This document shows positions 31,620 through 36,827 of a stretch of DNA of 36,827 nt, in pieces. The position numbers and the translations under genes are program-made. Source of the DNA: Nemertoderma westbladi (Eukaryota; Animalia; Xenacoelomorpha). Each line of letters begins with the position of its first letter. Position 1 is the first letter of the stretch. Below the pieces are notes generated by a model that saw only the letters and a list, made by a program, of their open reading frames with translations, was not told the DNA's origin and ran no database searches. Location of the stretch: assembly GCA_032718475.1 (NCBI GenBank), contig JAUCBJ010007914.1:1-36827 (forward strand). Reading direction: 5' to 3'.

Positions 31620-32233
31620 GGTAATGGTAAAAAATATCGAGACTTTTAATATATTGAGAGTAAAAATAACGAGAGTAAAAATATCGAGAGTAAAAATAAC
31701 ACGAGATGAAAAATTTCGAAAATAACGATATTTTTCAACACTCGATATTTTTCAACACTCGATATTTTTACTCTCGATATTTTTCAACACTCGATAATTT
31801 TCAACACTCGATATTTTTGCTCTCGATATTTTTACACTCGATATTGTTACTCTCGATATTTTTCAACACTCGATATTTTTACTCTCGATATTTTTCAACA
31901 CTCGATATTTTTCAACACTCGATATTTTTGCTCTCGATATTTTTACACTCGATATTGTTACTCTCGATATTTTTCAACACTCGATATTTTTACTCTCGAT
32001 ATTTTTCAACACTCGATATTTTTCAACACTCGATATTTTTACTCTCGATATTTTTCAACACTCGATAATTTTCAACACTCGATATTTTTGCTCTCGATAT
32101 TTTTACACTCGATATTTTTACTCTCGGTATTTTTTGAACTCGCGATATTATCGTTATTTTTCAACACTCAATATTTTTACTCGAGTTATTTTTACTCTAG
32201 ATATTTTCCATGTCTCGATACTTTTCAATAACC
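31620..32233. mobile_element. Non-autonomous foldback element (Mutator-like) built of 14-17-bp tandem repeats
   Basis: GG...CC termini (GGTAATGG..AAAATATCGAGAC / GTCTCGATACTTTTCAATAACC) and 8-bp direct repeat CTCAGTTC (31612-31619, 32234-32241). The TTTTT(CA)AC(A/T)CTCGATA units switch orientation at ~31720. Confidence 0.75.
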
Positions 32234-34233
32234 CTCAGTTCAAATCCTTCATAGAACTTTATAAATTTATAGTGATAACTTTCCAAGGTTTGGAAAAACG
32301 AACATTTTGACTGCTAATCTTTTTCTATTTCAAAATTATTATTTTGTAAGAAGGTACAATTTTAACAACACTCGCATTTCTTCAAAATATCTCGAACTTT
32401 CAGGCGGGCATAGGGTAATAATGCCAAAATTCTGCTGAATTTCTTAGATTATGACCTGAAGTTTGTTAGCGTTGTTATAGGGATAGGGAGTCAATGGCGC
32501 GAAATGACCGCAAACACAAAATAAATTTTAGTGGGTTTTAAAAATTGGTTTAATTTAATTGAAAACATTAAGGGAAAGGAGCAGGTTACAGTGGCGATGT
32601 TTTCTAACCAAAACAATAAACTATACATTATTTCACTTGCGGTCAATTAGAGCTGAAGATCACTATTTTCACTTGCGGTTAAAGTGCGCCACTATCTGGG
32701 AATAGGACAATTTAAATTATGGATTCTGTCGTCAACAAGCCCTAACCAAATAAACAAACCTAATCCGGCACTTGCGTGGACTGCCTACCAATACGCTAAC
32801 TGTTACCAGTACCATGCTAAATGTGGAAACGAGATGTCAAGTAATAATCCCGAGGTCAAAGGTCGAATACCTCAATTTGTTAAGAGGTAATGTACTTGTT
32901 GCTTGGTACCCTTTTAAATTTACCTGTTTCAAGTTTTATTTAATTTAAATTTGATTTATAATATTTAATGTAAGTATACCGCTGAAGACGCCCATGATGG
33001 GTGCAATTCCTTACGGTAAACACACCCCCCATTTTAAAACGACCTATTCGTGGTGAAAGACCATTCCTAATAAGATTACCTAAAATTTAATATGAATACG
33101 CCACGAAAAACTTCATATTGATTCATGTTTTATATTGGTAACTTTAGATAAAGCTAAGATAACTATCTAAGGATAGCTCTATCTTTGGTTAAAAGCAAAG
33201 ACAAGGAGGATATTTAATGGTTGGACATGTAGCACTGTAGGACTGTATAAGTGTGACTGAATGTAAACTTACTAAACTTTTTTCATAGACCAGTACTACT
33301 TTAGTTTAAGAAAGTGGAGTGAGTTGCTGAGAAAATAAGCATTTATAGATTAGACTGACAGACGGTCAGACAGACAGACACACCACCGACAGACAGGCAC
33401 GAGGTACAGATAGTGGTACTCAACCCATATGCTAAGCGCGCTTACTTTCGTGCCTCGCCCCAGGTTTATTTTTTACAAAGTACAATGTAAAAAGAACAGT
33501 GCGAAAATATTGGGCTACGCGTGTTGTAGTTTGTGGGACGGCATCTGGTGATTGACTGGCGAGTGCCATAGAGGTTTTGAAGTTGTTGGCTAAGCTTGAA
33601 GTTTAATTAGATTGAGCTTACATTGCTTACATTGTGCTTACATTTCATCAATTTCATATGTGATTGCTGCAAATTATTTATTATCCCACCTTTATAGAAG
33701 CGGTGACCGTTTACCTTTATCATTTTATTAAACCAATCAGTTACATTTTATTCAAGGCCATCTGGTTAAAAGATTACGTATTTTATTGTACTACTTCAGT
33801 ATATTCTTACAAAATCACGTTGTATTATAATTTAATTACTTTTTATGTGCGCGATATACCAAAATATAGTGTCTAAATTTAGGAACCCCCAAAATTGAGA
33901 GAAAAAATAAAAATCCAGATTCACCCACTTACTGGCCGGGTGGCCAAATGAACTATATATAAATATATAAGAAATGTTCTGCAATTTCATTAAGAGTTTT
34001 TAGAAAAATATTCATTACGTTTTTAAGCACAGCCTGCGCACTTAATTGAGAAAACACCAATCTTGGGTTTGGAAATAATGAATAAGTTGCCAATGTGAGA
34101 AAATGAAAGGATTGATTATATTGGCGAATAACATCCCTGCAAGCTCCAAATTCTTTCCATACCATGACCCAAGTTATTGCCTTGGCGTAAATACTCTAAA
34201 ACAAATCTTCAAGAACACCTATATTCAATATTT

Positions 34234-35414
34234 GTGGCTGGCCACGAGAAAAGGGACCTTATGTCGCAAAACCTGATTCTGAGATAATCGCGTTTAAAGT
34301 TTCCCTCTATTTTTGAACAAATTTTATTGGATTATTGATTTAGAAATGTATGAAATGATGAGGGAAATTCGAATTGGTTCTGATATTCAATATACCTAGG
34401 AAATAACTAATTACAAGAAGCAATATAAGATGTTGCAGTGTTGTATATCCCACTGTTTTAGGTTTTTCATGTCTGAATTTAGGACTGTAATAACTTGTAC
34501 TAATATGTAGGTAATGTAGGCCTACAGTTATTTTTTTTAATGCAATATGGCTGGCTGGCTGTCATTTTGTTAATTTCTGTTCGTTAGTTCTGAAATTTTG
34601 TAAGCAACTACAGCGATATTAAGTGACACTGAAGAATGAATCGCAGACTGTATTATCAATAGTCTACCGCTAGGGGGCGATAATGTTCTAGAATGTAAAT
34701 TGCTTGACATTTTCTTAATTCCTGTCCGTTTGTTTTGAAATTTTGTAGACATCTTCTACAATATAAAATTATACTGGAAAATGAATCCTAGACTGTATTA
34801 TTCAATTGTCTGCCGCTAGAGGGCGATAATGTTCTAAAATGTAAATTGCTTGTCATTTTATTAATTCCTGTCCGTTTGTCTTGAAATTTTCTAGACACCT
34901 TATACATATGAGGTGGGACAAGGTGGACAAACTTCTACAACACTCCCAATAAAGAATTCAAAATACGAATAATTTTAAATTTTGTAAAAAAAATTTTTTT
35001 TTGAAAAAAATTATGTTTTTGAAAAAATTTTAAATTTAAAAAAAAAATTTTTTGGTTACATGTATTTTTGAAAATTTTGCAAAAATGTTTTTAAATAATT
35101 TCTTTAACAATATTAATAGTTTCAAAGTGTTAAAAGTTGTATAAAAAGCCGAATAACATTGAGCTGCTTAACTATATACAGTAGTAAAAATTGCTATGAT
35201 ATTATTAATATTTCCATTTTTTTTAATAACAAAATTATTTTGAAAAGAGCTACCCGATTCACCTTCACATAAATCGCTATAACTTTTTTTTGGAAATAGA
35301 TATTGAGACACCGTTTTTTTTGTTAAAATCTCTGGAAAATTCTGCATCTCATAGGCCTAATAACTCAAAATCGACCTCCGGTGACATAAGGTCCCTTTTC
35401 TCGTGGCCAGCCAC
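34234..35414. mobile_element. Non-autonomous DNA transposon, Sola1-like
   Basis: Perfect 32-bp TIR GTGGCTGGCCACGAGAAAAGGGACCTTATGTC and 4-bp TSD ATTT (AWWT) at 34230-34233 and 35415-35418. Internal ~110-bp direct repeats at 34645 and 34790. Confidence 0.85.
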
Positions 35415-35466
35415 ATTTATTAATTATAACAGTATTCTAGAAGTCCTTGGACTAAAATTAGTAACA

Positions 35467-35861
35467 ATGGGATGTATAAACTATTGTTGGTGGTTGTTGT
35501 TTTATATGCATATCCTGATTCCTGAATGCAATGTAATAAACCGATCATATATCCTAAAACTGGAGGACCAAATGCTGACGTCATCAGATAATTTGTTTGC
35601 ACCAATCAGAGCTTCGAATTTACTATGTGCAGCGTACTGTACTAGATCGTATCTGTGCCGTTCTTACCAGCTGTATAAGGAATATCGTTGTCAGCTCAAT
35701 TCTGTAAGCGATACACCGGCCACAGTAACAGTTGCTGCTAAAGGTTGGCAGTTATACACTCCAGTTTCTGTGGCTATGGAATTGGTCAATTCAACCCAAA
35801 ATTCTACCTGGAATAATGATGCGAATATGTCTTCTTACAGCGCAATAGATGGAGATTTAAG
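35467..35861 (+). CDS. First coding exon of a secreted host protein: signal peptide, PAN/apple-like domain, start of an F-type lectin/discoidin-like domain
   Basis: MGCINYCWWLLFYMHILI (hydrophobic leader); CAAYC...CRSYQ...CQLNS (PAN pattern); TQNSTW...SSYSAIDGD (F-lectin-type N-terminal motif). Ends at the strong donor AG|GTGAGT. Confidence 0.7.
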
Positions 35862-36149
35862 GTGAGTAATTAACGCGTGTTTATTGTTTTATCTTATAAG
35901 TTACATCGATTTGAAGGAAAACTTCACCATTACCTATCTATCTATCTATCTGTAATCGGCATGCAGCTTGCTGCTTCATAAGAATACTATATCGGTTTAT
36001 CAACAAAATTGCACGACCGCAACCCCTGTCATGACTTTCACGAGATTAACCGCGGTAAGAGTTCTTTAAGAGGCACCGCAAGAGATTCATGGCCTGCACA
36101 CCATGCTTTTTCTCTTCATCAGGTCGCCAAATGACAAGATTAGAATTGA

Positions 36150-36530
36150 TGCTAATTTCACCAAAAACGCATACATCGGAAACTAACAGCATACAATTAA
36201 ATACTAGTAAAGGTGAATTAGAATAATCTTCTACAATAAAATATCTAGGTGTCTTGATTGACATCGACAATAAACTGGATTGGAAAGAACAAATAACATA
36301 AATTTCAAACACAATGAGTTATGCAATTTCTTGTTTTTTAAAATTAAAAAATATAATGAAAAAATACAAAATAATCGAGCAGAAATATAAAATTGCCAAA
36401 ACAAATAACAATTATGGTTTCTCCAGTATCGATAGCATTAATTAAAATGTGGAACTTACTTGAAACAATAAATTACAATACAACCTACAGAATATAAACA
36501 TTATAAGAAAATCATTCAAATAAATTGTTT
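36150..36530 (+). pseudogene. Highly decayed CR1/L2-type LINE remnant (intronic)
   Basis: KYLGVLID..NKLDWKEQI at ~36239 and IKMWNLL at ~36441; many stops. Confidence 0.55.
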
Positions 36531-36827
36531 AACTCACTACAACCGATATAAGGAAATAAATTAAAATCAACATGATCTGGAGTGGCGCATGCGAGAACTG
36601 TTGATTCTGTGTCCTGTCCGAGTCGTACAGTACTTATTTCCCGGTCTATTGTAGTATTGTGTAGGCCTACTGTAGTTCGGCGGGCCTGACCCTGCTGTGG
36701 AACTTTGACAGATAATCAGCTAAAGTACTTAAATGTGTGGTGCTGCCTCATGTATTTTACGTATATATGAGTACTGGAAATATACGAAGTTATTATTATT
36801 ATTATGCACGTGCTGTTCTTTATGGCT

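Noticed and set aside
31706-32068. 120-aa repetitive ORF
   Set aside because: It is a translation of the foldback element's tandem repeats.
35290-35466. N-terminal extension of the 191-aa ORF
   Set aside because: The TTG start lies inside the Sola-like transposon; the ATG at 35467 gives a proper signal peptide.

Overview
This is eukaryotic (animal, probably invertebrate) genomic DNA made almost entirely of nested transposable elements, with one host-gene exon near the end. No prokaryotic genes, CRISPR arrays, rRNA or tRNA were found. From left to right: (1) an LTR (1-679) abuts the 3' end of another LTR retrotransposon, which has a basic accessory ORF, a polypurine tract (PPT) and a 3' LTR (1438-3801); that LTR contains an inverted solo LTR of its own family. 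(2) The 3' end of an RTE LINE is interrupted by a near full-length Penelope-like element (RT + GIY-YIG), whose two pseudo-LTRs each carry a hammerhead ribozyme. (3) A spliced, uninterrupted gene of at least 1344 aa has DDE/DxxH transposase-like motifs (DUF6729-like), a Pro-rich repeat and three C-terminal zinc fingers, and is followed by a 42x16-bp array. (4) A 49/53-bp satellite is interrupted by a young 9.2-kb BEL/Pao element (5-bp target-site duplication, TSD; near-identical LTRs). Its single ORF keeps gag, protease and the integrase C-terminus but lacks the RT, RNase H and integrase cores. It also has an extra zinc-knuckle ORF and three K-turn/UUCG-like hairpins per LTR. (5) The rest holds MITE/foldback elements, a decayed RTE, a Sola1-like element and the first coding exon of a secreted PAN/apple + F-type-lectin-like protein. 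All family names come from motifs recognised by eye, not from database searches.
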